Shown: positions 1-7,701 of the stretch, one piece after another | How the letters are laid out: each line of letters opens with the position of its first letter | Position numbering within the stretch: the stretch's first letter is position 1 | DNA from: Candidatus Saccharimonadota bacterium | GTDB taxonomy: Bacteria > Patescibacteriota > Saccharimonadia > Saccharimonadales > UBA4665 | NCBI GenBank assembly: GCA_016699935.1 | Contig: CP064992.1 | Span: 1,020,001 to 1,052,000 of the forward strand | DNA length: 32,000 bases | Direction of reading: 5' to 3' | Program-made: the position numbers and the translations under genes | Notes under the pieces: model-generated | What the model was told of the DNA's origin: nothing | The model's database searches: none | Seen by the model: only the letters and a program-made list of their open reading frames with translations

Positions 1-35
1 AACATTGTTGGGAGGCGTTGTATTGGCCATAGTGT

Positions 36-70
36 CTCTTAACTCTTATCTCTTTACTCTTATCTCTGTC
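36..70. repeat. Array of five tandem degenerate heptamers (CTCTTAA CTCTTAT CTCTTTA CTCTTAT CTCTGTC) just downstream of dnaX
   Basis: Read directly. A 12-nt direct repeat ACTCTTATCTCT occurs at 42-53 and 56-67 (period 14, twice 7). No complementary arm is visible within the window. Confidence 0.6.
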
Positions 71-114
71 TGTTGACTATGATTCTAGCAGTTCGGCGCC
101 GCCAAAGATATTGC

Positions 115-1584
115 TTATGGTTGTAATTGCATCGTTGGTTGACGCTTTGTGCGCAACGGGCTCACCTTTTGACAGCGAATGGTGGTTGGCTTGTTCCGCA
201 CCGCTTCGGTGAATTTTGTTAAAATTGCGATATTGCGTGGTTCACTCAGGCGCTTTTGGTGAAACGCAAAGGAAAGTTCAAGTGTGAGGGTATCGTCACT
301 GAGGGTCGGACGAGCCATGCGTGCAATACCGTACAGAGTATTGTGTGTTTGCTTGAGCTGCTGTAAGACATCACGCCACACAGATTCGACGTCGTCTGTA
401 TCTGTATTGGTAGCTACAGCCTGTTTCTCCGTGGTTCGCGATGTTTCGCTATGCGTATCGTCAGTAGCTTCGGGAGCGGGAGATGTTTCTGTTACTGGCG
501 AAGGCTTTGGCTGTTGTATTGTGGGTTTCGTGGGTGTTTCGGGCGCGGGTATAGTAGTTTTAACCTGGGATGGCTCTAGGACCACTGTTGGGCTTAACGC
601 CATTTGTGATTCGGCGTTCGTGCTTTGTAAACAGCTACGCAAAATAACGACTTCGAGCATTGCAGAAGGATTGTGTGCAGGCGGTATGTCGAGTAGTTGT
701 CGCAATAGCGATAGTGTCAGCTCTGGACTCATCGCTGGTTTGGTGCTGTGATCAAGCAGGTTTAAGCGAAGAAGTTGGCTTAGCTGACGAGCGACCATAG
801 CCGGTTCATACCCTTGCACCAGAAGTGCGTGCAGCGCCGAGAGAGCCTTTTGGGCATCGTGATTGACGGTGGCATTCAGAATTTCATCGATGTGTTCCGC
901 CGGTACTCGTCCGAGCAATGATTCAACTTGAACTTTAGTGATGTGACTGCTCAGGCTACTCGCTTGATCAAGCAGGCTTATACTGTCACGAAAGCTGCCT
1001 TCGCCGTGGTCCGCTATGAGCTGCAGTGCGTCATCATCGAGTGTGATATGTTCTGTTTGGGCGATAGTTCGCAGATGATTAACGACTTGTTCCACTGGAA
1101 CGGGCCGAAAACTGAAACGTTGAGTGCGGCTAATGATGGTCTCGGGTAGCTTGTGTGCTTCTGTGGTTGCAAGAATGAAAACGACATGTTCAGGTGGCTC
1201 TTCAAGCGTTTTTAGCAGTGCGTTAAAGGCTGCCTTGCTCAGCATGTGAACTTCATCGATGATAAACACTTTGTACTTGGCGCTGGCTGGTGCGGACATG
1301 ATCTTATCGCGGAGGTCGCGCACGTCTTCGACGCCATTATTGCTCGCAGCATCAATCTCAATGATATCGAAATGCGGTTCTTCGCTGTAAGTGAGGCTAT
1401 TGATTTCATGTGCGAGGATACGGGCGATGGATGTTTTGCCGACGCCGCGCGGGCCAGTCAGTAGATAGGCGTGCGCGATTTTCCCTGATTTGAGAGCGTT
1501 TTGAAGCGTCGTCGTGATATGGTCTTGTCCGACAATTTCACTCAGTGACCGTGAACGGTATTTTCTGTATAAAGCCTTCCCCAT
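115..1584 (-). CDS. dnaX: DNA polymerase III subunit gamma/tau
   Basis: 489-aa ORF. The N-terminus has the clamp-loader AAA+ motifs (GPRGVGKTS Walker A, IIDEVHML Walker B, SRTQRF sensor). The C-terminal half is low-complexity and Pro/Thr-rich. TATAAT at 1595-1600 (minus) lies 10 nt upstream of the ATG, with no SD. Confidence 0.9.
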   Translation of the reverse strand: MGKALYRKYRSRSLSEIVGQDHITTTLQNALKSGKIAHAYLLTGPRGVGKTSIARILAHEINSLTYSEEPHFDIIEIDAASNNGVEDVRDLRDKIMSAPASAKYKVFIIDEVHMLSKAAFNALLKTLEEPPEHVVFILATTEAHKLPETIISRTQRFSFRPVPVEQVVNHLRTIAQTEHITLDDDALQLIADHGEGSFRDSISLLDQASSLSSHITKVQVESLLGRVPAEHIDEILNATVNHDAQKALSALHALLVQGYEPAMVARQLSQLLRLNLLDHSTKPAMSPELTLSLLRQLLDIPPAHNPSAMLEVVILRSCLQSTNAESQMALSPTVVLEPSQVKTTIPAPETPTKPTIQQPKPSPVTETSPAPEATDDTHSETSRTTEKQAVATNTDTDDVESVWRDVLQQLKQTHNTLYGIARMARPTLSDDTLTLELSFAFHQKRLSEPRNIAILTKFTEAVRNKPTTIRCQKVSPLRTKRQPTMQLQP

Positions 1585-1943
1585 CGTCTTAATGATTATA
1601 GTCGCTTATCCGCAAGATTTCGAATGTAGTTATTACAATCAATCACGAACTTCGCACCAGCCAGCCTGCCTGAAACGATCCGCTGTCTTACCATAACCCC
1701 ACGAAACCAGTTACGTGGTGACCCCGTTCTTTATGCTCCTGCGCATTTTTCCTCTCCAGTACTATCTTCACCGTACTTTATAGTACAACTCGTTCCGTGC
1801 ATCGAGGAGAAAATGATTTAAGAGCGTGAGAGTGCGAAACTTGTGTCTATACCAGCCAAATTTGTTTCACTCATTTCGATCATGTGCTGTAGGTGTTATG
1901 CGCCCTACGATTTGCGCCTGAAGCGCAAAACGTACTGGTAAGA

Positions 1944-2825
1944 CTACAAAGCGGTGATAATGACACCGATTACAGCGAGGCCTATGGCTACCCAAAGCAG
2001 CTTATCGTCGTCGCGCTCATGGAGCACAAAGTGTGCGGCGACTGCCGTCAGGGGTAAAACTACTGCTGAGAGGGCCGCAATGAGCGAGATATTGTTTGCA
2101 CCCTGGAGCGCTATGAAGTAGCTGACACCGATACCTGCTACAACTATCCCGAGGAGTGCTGATTCTCTTAAAAGCTGACGCGAAAGTTGTATGCCTGGGT
2201 GTTTCCGCCAGTCCCAAAACGCAAAGAGTATGAGCCACAGGCTTTGTAAGCCAAAACCGAAAATGAAAAATGCCCCAATATCCATGTATTGGATCGCGGC
2301 TTTTTCTACAACCACGCCTATCCCGAGAAAGATTGCAGAGGCAAGCGTGAAAAGGACACCCTTCACGAGATGCTTGTGCGTACTTCTTCCCTGACGATGT
2401 GCCTTAGCGGGCGCCCACACGGCCACAATCCCGCTCATGAGGATACAGGCAGCCCCAATGAGCTGATTGATGCTCAGTCCTTCGCCAAGAAATAGCCACC
2501 CGAGCAGAATGGTTATGGGTATTCGTGTCTGAAATATTGTTTGGTTTAGAGCGGCCGGCAGGTATCGGATGGCAATAAACGATAGCCAAATAAAAGCCGC
2601 AACGAATAGGCTTGCCGACAACAGTAGCCACATGGTCCAATAAGACCATATGATATCGTGTGGGGCTATCACCCCCGCAATGAGACTCAGTGGCATAACA
2701 CCCAGTACGTAGGAGAGTGCGAGCGTCACGCTAGCGGGAACAGTGTGAGACTGAGCGAATCGTCTTCGCAGTAATGTCGATGTTACGAAAAGCAAGAGGT
2801 TGATGACGAGAGCTATAACCCACAT
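1944..2825 (-). CDS. EamA/DMT-family membrane transporter
   Basis: 293-aa ORF, hydrophobic throughout, with about 10 predicted TM segments in two halves typical of drug/metabolite transporter repeats. Confidence 0.75.
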   Translation of the reverse strand: MWVIALVINLLLFVTSTLLRRRFAQSHTVPASVTLALSYVLGVMPLSLIAGVIAPHDIIWSYWTMWLLLSASLFVAAFIWLSFIAIRYLPAALNQTIFQTRIPITILLGWLFLGEGLSINQLIGAACILMSGIVAVWAPAKAHRQGRSTHKHLVKGVLFTLASAIFLGIGVVVEKAAIQYMDIGAFFIFGFGLQSLWLILFAFWDWRKHPGIQLSRQLLRESALLGIVVAGIGVSYFIALQGANNISLIAALSAVVLPLTAVAAHFVLHERDDDKLLWVAIGLAVIGVIITAL

Positions 2826-2831
2826 GGTGTA

Positions 2832-3341
2832 CTAAAGCGCTGCCTCGAGAGCTGCCCATTCGGCCGATGCGTCATCTTCGGGAACGTTTACTGAGACTTG
2901 GTCGCCAGGCTTGGCCTTAAAGTAGGTAACGCTCGCGAGTAATACGCGGTAATCTTTGGTGCCAACAGATACAAAGTAGTGGCCGCCTTCAAGCTTTAGC
3001 TGACCAACGACTTGCTTACGAGGGATGGGGCCAATTTGCTTATACAGAAACGCGCCGTCATCAGCTATGGTGAGCTTCAAGATATCACCCTGGACGAGCT
3101 TTGATTTGCTGGCGTAGTTTGCAGGCACGGGGTAGGTTTTTCCGTCGCTGCCGACCATGTTTTGGCCGTCAAAAACAACTTCGATAACTTTACCGAGGAC
3201 TTCATCGCTAACTTTTGCTTGAATTTTTACGTCATCACCAACAAGGCTAATGAGCAACTCATTGGCTGCAGCAAGGTTTGTTTCGGCTTCTTGTATAAGC
3301 GTTCGGAGACGTTTAATCTGTTTCTCGGGTAAGTCGGCCAT
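2832..3341 (-). CDS. Hypothetical protein (N-terminal coiled-coil-like helix, beta-rich C-terminal part)
   Basis: 169-aa intact ORF, 6 nt upstream of the EamA gene on the same strand. I recognise no family. Confidence 0.55.
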   Translation of the reverse strand: MADLPEKQIKRLRTLIQEAETNLAAANELLISLVGDDVKIQAKVSDEVLGKVIEVVFDGQNMVGSDGKTYPVPANYASKSKLVQGDILKLTIADDGAFLYKQIGPIPRKQVVGQLKLEGGHYFVSVGTKDYRVLLASVTYFKAKPGDQVSVNVPEDDASAEWAALEAAL

Positions 3342-3489
3342 ACTTATTTCTTTCTATTTCCTTTTTTCACCTCTAACTCAACACGGTTTCATTATACCTT
3401 ACCTTAACCGTAGCACACCACCTCTTGCAAGTCAAAGCAATATATTCAGTGTTTTCGGGGACTGTGGATAAGTTTGGCGAGCAAGGAAC

Positions 3490-3595
3490 GGTGAATGGTG
3501 AATGGAGAATGGAGAACGAAGAAAGCGGAATGGGGTGTGAAGAATGAAGAAAATCTATTAATCTGAATATACTCCTTCCACGTTCCTCTTTCCAT
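3490..3595. repeat. Heptamer-array hairpin element (copy E1)
   Basis: Nine consecutive 7-mers at 3490-3552: GGTGAAT GGTGAAT GGAGAAT GGAGAAC GAAGAAA GCGGAAT GGGGTGT GAAGAAT GAAGAAA. They face a pyrimidine arm at 3571-3595 (ACTCCTT CCACGTT CCTCTTT CCATG). Shares AATGGAGAATG with the copies at 7685-7695 (reverse complement) and 11183-11193. Confidence 0.7.
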
Positions 3596-3596
3596 G

Positions 3597-3624
3597 AAAA
3601 AACCGCACATTGCGGCGGCTTTTT
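3597..3624 (-). terminator. Intrinsic terminator downstream of rplL
   Basis: On the minus strand there is a CCGCA-AUG-UGCGG stem followed by a U6 run. An A-run and T-run flank it on both sides, so it may work bidirectionally. Confidence 0.65.
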
Positions 3625-3643
3625 CATATTGCCATATGGGCAA

Positions 3644-4024
3644 TTAGACTAGTTCGACAGTAGCGCCAGCCTCTTCGAGGGCTTTTTTGGCAGCTTCAGC
3701 GTCTTCTTTTTTGGCTTTTTCAAGCACAACTTTTGGTGCGCCGTCGACGATTGCTTTGGCTTCACCAAGACCGAGACCGGTTAGCTCTTTGACTGCTTTG
3801 ATGACAGCAACCTTCTGGGCGCCAGCATCTTTGAGCATGACATCGTATTCAGCTTTTTCATCGGCAGCGGCAGCGCCAGCGTCGGCAGCTGGACCGGCAG
3901 CAACAGCTACAGCGGCAGCTGCTGGCTCAATGCCGTATTCGTCTTTAAGAAAGTTTTTGAGTTCGTTGACTTCTAGAACGGTAAGCTTGGTAAGCTCTTC
4001 TGCTAGTTTCTTTATATCTGACAT
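3644..4024 (-). CDS. rplL: 50S ribosomal protein L7/L12
   Basis: 126-aa ORF with the typical L7/L12 layout: N-terminal dimerisation helix, Ala-rich hinge, and a C-terminal domain ([20 protein letters not shown]). Confidence 0.95.
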   Translation of the reverse strand: MSDIKKLAEELTKLTVLEVNELKNFLKDEYGIEPAAAAVAVAAGPAADAGAAAADEKAEYDVMLKDAGAQKVAVIKAVKELTGLGLGEAKAIVDGAPKVVLEKAKKEDAEAAKKALEEAGATVELV

Positions 4025-4039
4025 GGGAATTTCTCCTTT

Positions 4040-4186
4040 ATAGAAATTAATTTTCAGGTAGCAATATTCATTTTACAGATAATTTTCAGATGTCGTTTTT
4101 CAAAGAGCACAGGATTGTAACTGTTTGCAATTTGAAGGTTTGATACTTTTCTGAAAATTGTGAATTGAGAATTGCGAATTTGAAGT
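4040..4186. repeat. Heptamer-array hairpin element, ORF-less copy (E2), filling the rplJ-rplL spacer
   Basis: Right arm GAAAATT GTGAATT GAGAATT GCGAATT at 4153-4180. A 10-bp stem pairs AATTTTCAGA (4081-4090) with TCTGAAAATT (4150-4159). The 24-mer at 4150-4173 is identical to the reverse complement of 23053-23076. Confidence 0.75.
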
Positions 4187-4711
4187 TTAGGCAACAGCCT
4201 TAGCTTCAACGCCATCGAGCAAGGCATGTAGGTTGCCAGAAAGCGCATTGGTGACATCGTTGACCGGTGAAAGCAGTGTGGCCACCACTTGTGCGATGAG
4301 GTCGTTTTTGCCCGGCAGTGTTGCCAGCGCTTTGACGTCCTCTGCTCCCATGAATGTGCCTGTGCTATCAAAGGCACCGACAAACTCTATTGTGGGATTT
4401 GCTTTGGCAAAGGCGTGCAGTGCTTGGGCTGGTGCAACTTCGTCGTCAGCGTTGAAAGCATACAAAAGCATGCCCTCTAAGCTGCTGGTGTCTGCGCTTT
4501 TCATAGCATCGCTTTGCTGCAATGCCTTTATGACGAGACGGTTTTTGACCACCTTTACTCTGGTGCCATTGTTACGAGCGTCGCGGCGCAGTTGCTGCAA
4601 AGCTTTAACAGTAGTGCCTTGGTACTTAGCAACAACTGTCATCTTGGCAGATGTAAGTAGCTCAGCAACTTCTGCGACAACTTCGTCTTTTTGACTTTTA
4701 TTTAGTGCCAT
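4187..4711 (-). CDS. rplJ: 50S ribosomal protein L10
   Basis: 174-aa ORF with the L10 N-terminal domain pattern, located immediately upstream of rplL. Confidence 0.9.
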   Translation of the reverse strand: MALNKSQKDEVVAEVAELLTSAKMTVVAKYQGTTVKALQQLRRDARNNGTRVKVVKNRLVIKALQQSDAMKSADTSSLEGMLLYAFNADDEVAPAQALHAFAKANPTIEFVGAFDSTGTFMGAEDVKALATLPGKNDLIAQVVATLLSPVNDVTNALSGNLHALLDGVEAKAVA

Positions 4712-4862
4712 TCATACTCCTTTGGGGTAATGAGACAAACCTCACGGTTTTTCTCATCGCACCGGCAAAATGAAATACATTTTGTCGGGCTGCTCTTTTC
4801 CCTAACCCCAGGATGAGCATTAATTATTTTAAAGACCTATCGACCATAAGATCTTTTGTTAC
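4712..4862 (-). promoter_or_regulatory. Structured 5' leader of rplJ (possible L10 autoregulatory leader)
   Basis: The minus-strand RNA has nested hairpins: CGACAAAAUG/CAUUUUGCCG with one mismatch, and AUGAGA..AAACC-GUGA-GGUUU..UCUCAU. AAGGAG lies 7 nt before the ATG. The family assignment rests on position only. Confidence 0.35.
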
Positions 4863-4864
4863 AT

Positions 4865-4897
4865 AAGAAAAGCGCTTTCAGTACTACCAAAAGCGCT
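4865..4897 (-). terminator. Intrinsic terminator after the 202-aa gene
   Basis: 8-bp stem AGCGCUUU/AAAGCGCU (4871-4878 with 4890-4897), followed on the minus strand by UUUCUUAU. Confidence 0.6.
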
Positions 4898-4990
4898 ATG
4901 CAAAACGAAATAAATCAATTTCGTCGCCTCGGTGACAAATTAAGGATTTTATCCAGTCACTGTCTTTGGTAACTTACCAAGTGTAACAGA

Positions 4991-5599
4991 TTACAGAAAG
5001 TTACGCAATTTTTCTAGACGATTCTCCTGAGCTTCTTGGATTGCTTGGATGATTTTAATAGGGTTTAGTTCTTTACCTAAGTCGTAGTCTACTTCTAGGC
5101 CTGTTTCTGCAAGGATTCTTGACATTGGGTCGATCGAAAATCCTACTACAGCAAGTTCCAGCCATGGCTTTAGGCCACGTTTACGCATAATATCTATTAA
5201 CCGCATAATATTTCTGGCATCAGAGCCAGGCATTGTATCTTGACTCATAAAAGAAAGTGAAAATTGATTTGGATTCTCTGCTTCTGCCCTCCCCAATCTC
5301 AGTAACCCTTTTTTACCACGAGTAGTATCTTGTTTCTCGCCGCTATAAAACGATTCAGGTAAGTCGGTGTCCCACCGACCAAGATTACCGTCTAGGAGTA
5401 AACAATCCATTGGTCTATACCCGGTTGCAAACTGTTGTAGCCTTTCAACCGCTTCGGGTAATGTTTTTGGTGCATTACCATCATCTATTCCATCAAATTT
5501 TATGCCAGCAGTTGCGTCTGGTGTCTTTAGGGCATCATCAATAGCAGATAACCATATAAACAGATCCTCAAATGCTACAACTTTAAGTCGCTCTGACAT
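4991..5599 (-). CDS. Hypothetical protein, possibly a divergent receiver-like (REC) fold with a large insertion
   Basis: 202-aa intact ORF. The motif spacing loosely resembles a receiver domain (VVAFED..., CLLLDGNLG, AVVGFS, DLGKE). This is a weak, by-eye impression only. Confidence 0.5.
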   Translation of the reverse strand: MSERLKVVAFEDLFIWLSAIDDALKTPDATAGIKFDGIDDGNAPKTLPEAVERLQQFATGYRPMDCLLLDGNLGRWDTDLPESFYSGEKQDTTRGKKGLLRLGRAEAENPNQFSLSFMSQDTMPGSDARNIMRLIDIMRKRGLKPWLELAVVGFSIDPMSRILAETGLEVDYDLGKELNPIKIIQAIQEAQENRLEKLRNFL

Positions 5600-5645
5600 A
5601 AAACTTCCTTCTCAGTAATAGAATAAAGTATCACAAAACTACGAA

Positions 5646-6252
5646 TTACGCAAGTTTCATGTATAAGCGGGTGTCCGGGGTTGTGTCGCCAGTTGTGGTT
5701 GGGCGTTGGCCGGGTTCGGTTTTGATTATCTGGAAACCGAGTTTTTGGTAGATGTGGATTGCGCCGGCATTGCTTTGCCAGCTTTCAAACCAGAGTAAGT
5801 CTGACGAATATTCATGCCTAGTGTATTCGAGAACCACGGTTAAAAACGGTGTCGCCAGGCCCAGCCCCTGAAAGTGTTCGCTCAGTCGGACTCCTCCCGT
5901 AAGCTTCCCTCCAGGGATGTGCGGCGATGTGCCTGGGCCTGTCCAAGCTATTCCGGCTAGCTCGCCAGTAGCTGATTCTTTGAGCAGGAAGGTTAGCCGT
6001 TCTTTTTAGCATCCATCGGCGTATGGTCGGTTCGTCTTTGAAGCGTTCGGTGCAGTCTTTTGGGCAATATTTCAGGATTGATGTCTGGATGGAAAGCGCT
6101 TGGAGCGCAGGTATGTCAGTCTCTGTGATGCCGATTTGTACGGCAAACCCTTTCTCGGCCATGCTTTGCAGGGCGGCGCTGCTTGCTTCGTCGACGTTAC
6201 CTGGCGAAAGAAGCTGTACGGAAGTAGCTAGTGATGTCGGGAATTGTTTCAT
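5646..6252 (-). pseudogene. GNAT-family N-acetyltransferase, frame broken at a T5 run (6003-6007)
   Basis: Two ORFs (5818-6252 and 5646-5837) join into one GNAT once the frame is changed at the homopolymer. The joined sequence contains RLSEHFQGLGLATPFL and YQKLGF motifs. Confidence 0.75.
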
Positions 6253-7568
6253 GTTACGAGCTCCTCTATGTGGTTGGCGATTTCGGTTGCAAGGGTTTCG
6301 GCGTCTGGGGCTTCGACCATGACGCGGGCTAGTGGCTCGGTACCGCTGGGACGTACGAGGATACGGCCGGCGCTGCCGAGTTCGGCGGTTTTCACCTGGA
6401 CATACTCTGTGACCTCTGGAGAGTTTAACTTGGTTTTGTCTGCAATGCGGAAATTTACGAGGGCTTGTGGTAATAGGCTAACTTCGTTGCGCCAATCAGC
6501 AAGTGATTTGCCGGATTGTGATAGCACGCTCAGTATTTGTACTGCCGCTAGTAGCCCATCGCCAGTTGTAGCGAGACTAGGCAAAATGATATGACCCGAT
6601 TGCTCACCACCGATCTGATAACCCGTTTCGATAAGTTTTTCTAGGACATAGCGGTCACCGACTGCTGTACGAAGTAGTGATATGCCTTTACTGGCGAGGG
6701 CCTGCTCAAAACCTAAGTTACTCATAACTGTAGCGACAACTGTTTTATGACCCTGGCCAACTGCCAAAAGGTAAAGCAAATGATCACCAGTACATTCCCG
6801 GCCAAGTTTATCGATCATCATCAATCGGTCAGCGTCGCCGTCGACAGCAACGCCAAGATCACAATTTTCTCGCAAACCAGTTCGGATAATGCTTCGGTAT
6901 GGGTTGCACCGCAAGCTACATTAATATTTTGACCATCTGGGTTATTCCCAAGGCATAAAACTTGAGCGCCTAACCGCTCAAACACTCTAGCTCAATTTCG
7001 CTGGCGGCACCATGGGCTGTATCGATAGCCAGTTTCAGCCCATCTAGCCTAAGTTTACCGGCCGATGCTACCAAATAATCCTCATACTCTTGCACAAGAG
7101 AGCGATCGGTGTGCAACTGAGATTCTGGACTAGCTTGAAAATCATCAGTCGAACGATTTGGCACACCATTTTCAATATCGTAGTTTAGCTTTGCTTCTGC
7201 CTCATCTGGTAGTTTACTGCCTTGGGCTGAAAAGACTTTGACGCCATTAAACTCATAGGTGTTGTGGCTGGCAGTGATCATGACTCCAGCGACGAATTCA
7301 TCATGTGTGGCTGTCAAATAAGCCAAGCCAGGTGTCGGGATAACTCCTACAAAAGTGACTTTTACACCAACTCCCACCAACCCTTTGCTGACAATTTCAA
7401 CAATCTGCTGTGACGAACTACGGGTGTCACAGGCGATGACAATTTGTTGACCTTGCTCAGCAAACTGTGTACCCACAGCTCGGCCAATTGCTTCGCAGCC
7501 GGCGTCGTCTAGTGGATATTCTCCTGCTATGCCTCTTACACCATCGGTGCCGAAAGTTCTCTACTCAT
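6249..7568 (-). pseudogene. glmM: Phosphoglucosamine mutase with three single-base frame changes (about 7554, 6985, 6875)
   Basis: ATG at 7568 with AGGAG upstream. The pieces read FGTDGVRG, MITASHNTYEFNG (phosphoserine loop), VAVDGDADR (metal loop) and GGEQSGH. Each shift is resolved by adding one base to a short run. Confidence 0.85.
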
Positions 7569-7593
7569 TTTTGCTCCTTTCAGTCGCAGAAAT

Positions 7594-7701
7594 AAGAACG
7601 GAGAACGAGGAACGCGGAATGAAGGAGTCACGTTTCCCGAATCCTGTGACGTTGTTTTGCCCAATTTTATCATGCTTCATTCCTCATTCTCCATTCTTTC
7701 A
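7594..7701. repeat. Heptamer-array hairpin element (copy E3), the same element as E1 in opposite orientation
   Basis: Left arm AAGAACG GAGAACG AGGAACG CGGAATG AAGGAGT. Right arm CTTCATT CCTCATT CTCCATT CTTTCAC. A perfect 9-bp stem pairs 7616-7624 with 7675-7683, and pairing extends imperfectly to about 25 bp. Fills the acsA-glmM spacer. Confidence 0.7.

Noticed and set aside
1-30. Possible start of a further minus-strand gene (ATG at 30, MANTTPPNNV...)
   Set aside because: Only 10 codons are visible, the SD is weak and no family can be recognised. This is too little to report as a feature.
284-751. Plus-strand ORFs antisense to dnaX and to other long genes, for example 284-751, 4233-4694, 11348-11959 and 22472-22915
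   Set aside because: All are antisense shadows of confidently assigned genes and have Ser/Ala/Cys-rich, low-information peptides.
1585-1943. Possible SRP RNA (ffs) upstream of dnaX, a common bacterial arrangement
   Set aside because: I looked on both strands for the domain IV core (GGUCC-GGAA-GGAAGCAGC type helix with a GNAR loop) and found nothing convincing. Only generic small hairpins are present, such as GTACT-TTAT-AGTAC and TTTGCGC-ctga-AGCGCAAA. A covariance-model scan would be needed to settle it.
3490-3552. Heptamer arrays as a possible CRISPR or other spacer-repeat array
   Set aside because: The units are 7 nt, contiguous and degenerate, with no spacers. No cas genes are present.
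3373-3643. Tracked minus-strand ORFs 3373-3627 and 3446-3643
   Set aside because: They run through the heptamer array and the rplL terminator. The 7-nt periodicity is incompatible with coding, and the peptides are low-complexity.
4054-4383. Tracked ORF of 109 aa on the minus strand
   Set aside because: It starts inside rplJ in another frame and ends inside the heptamer hairpin element. rplJ explains the region.
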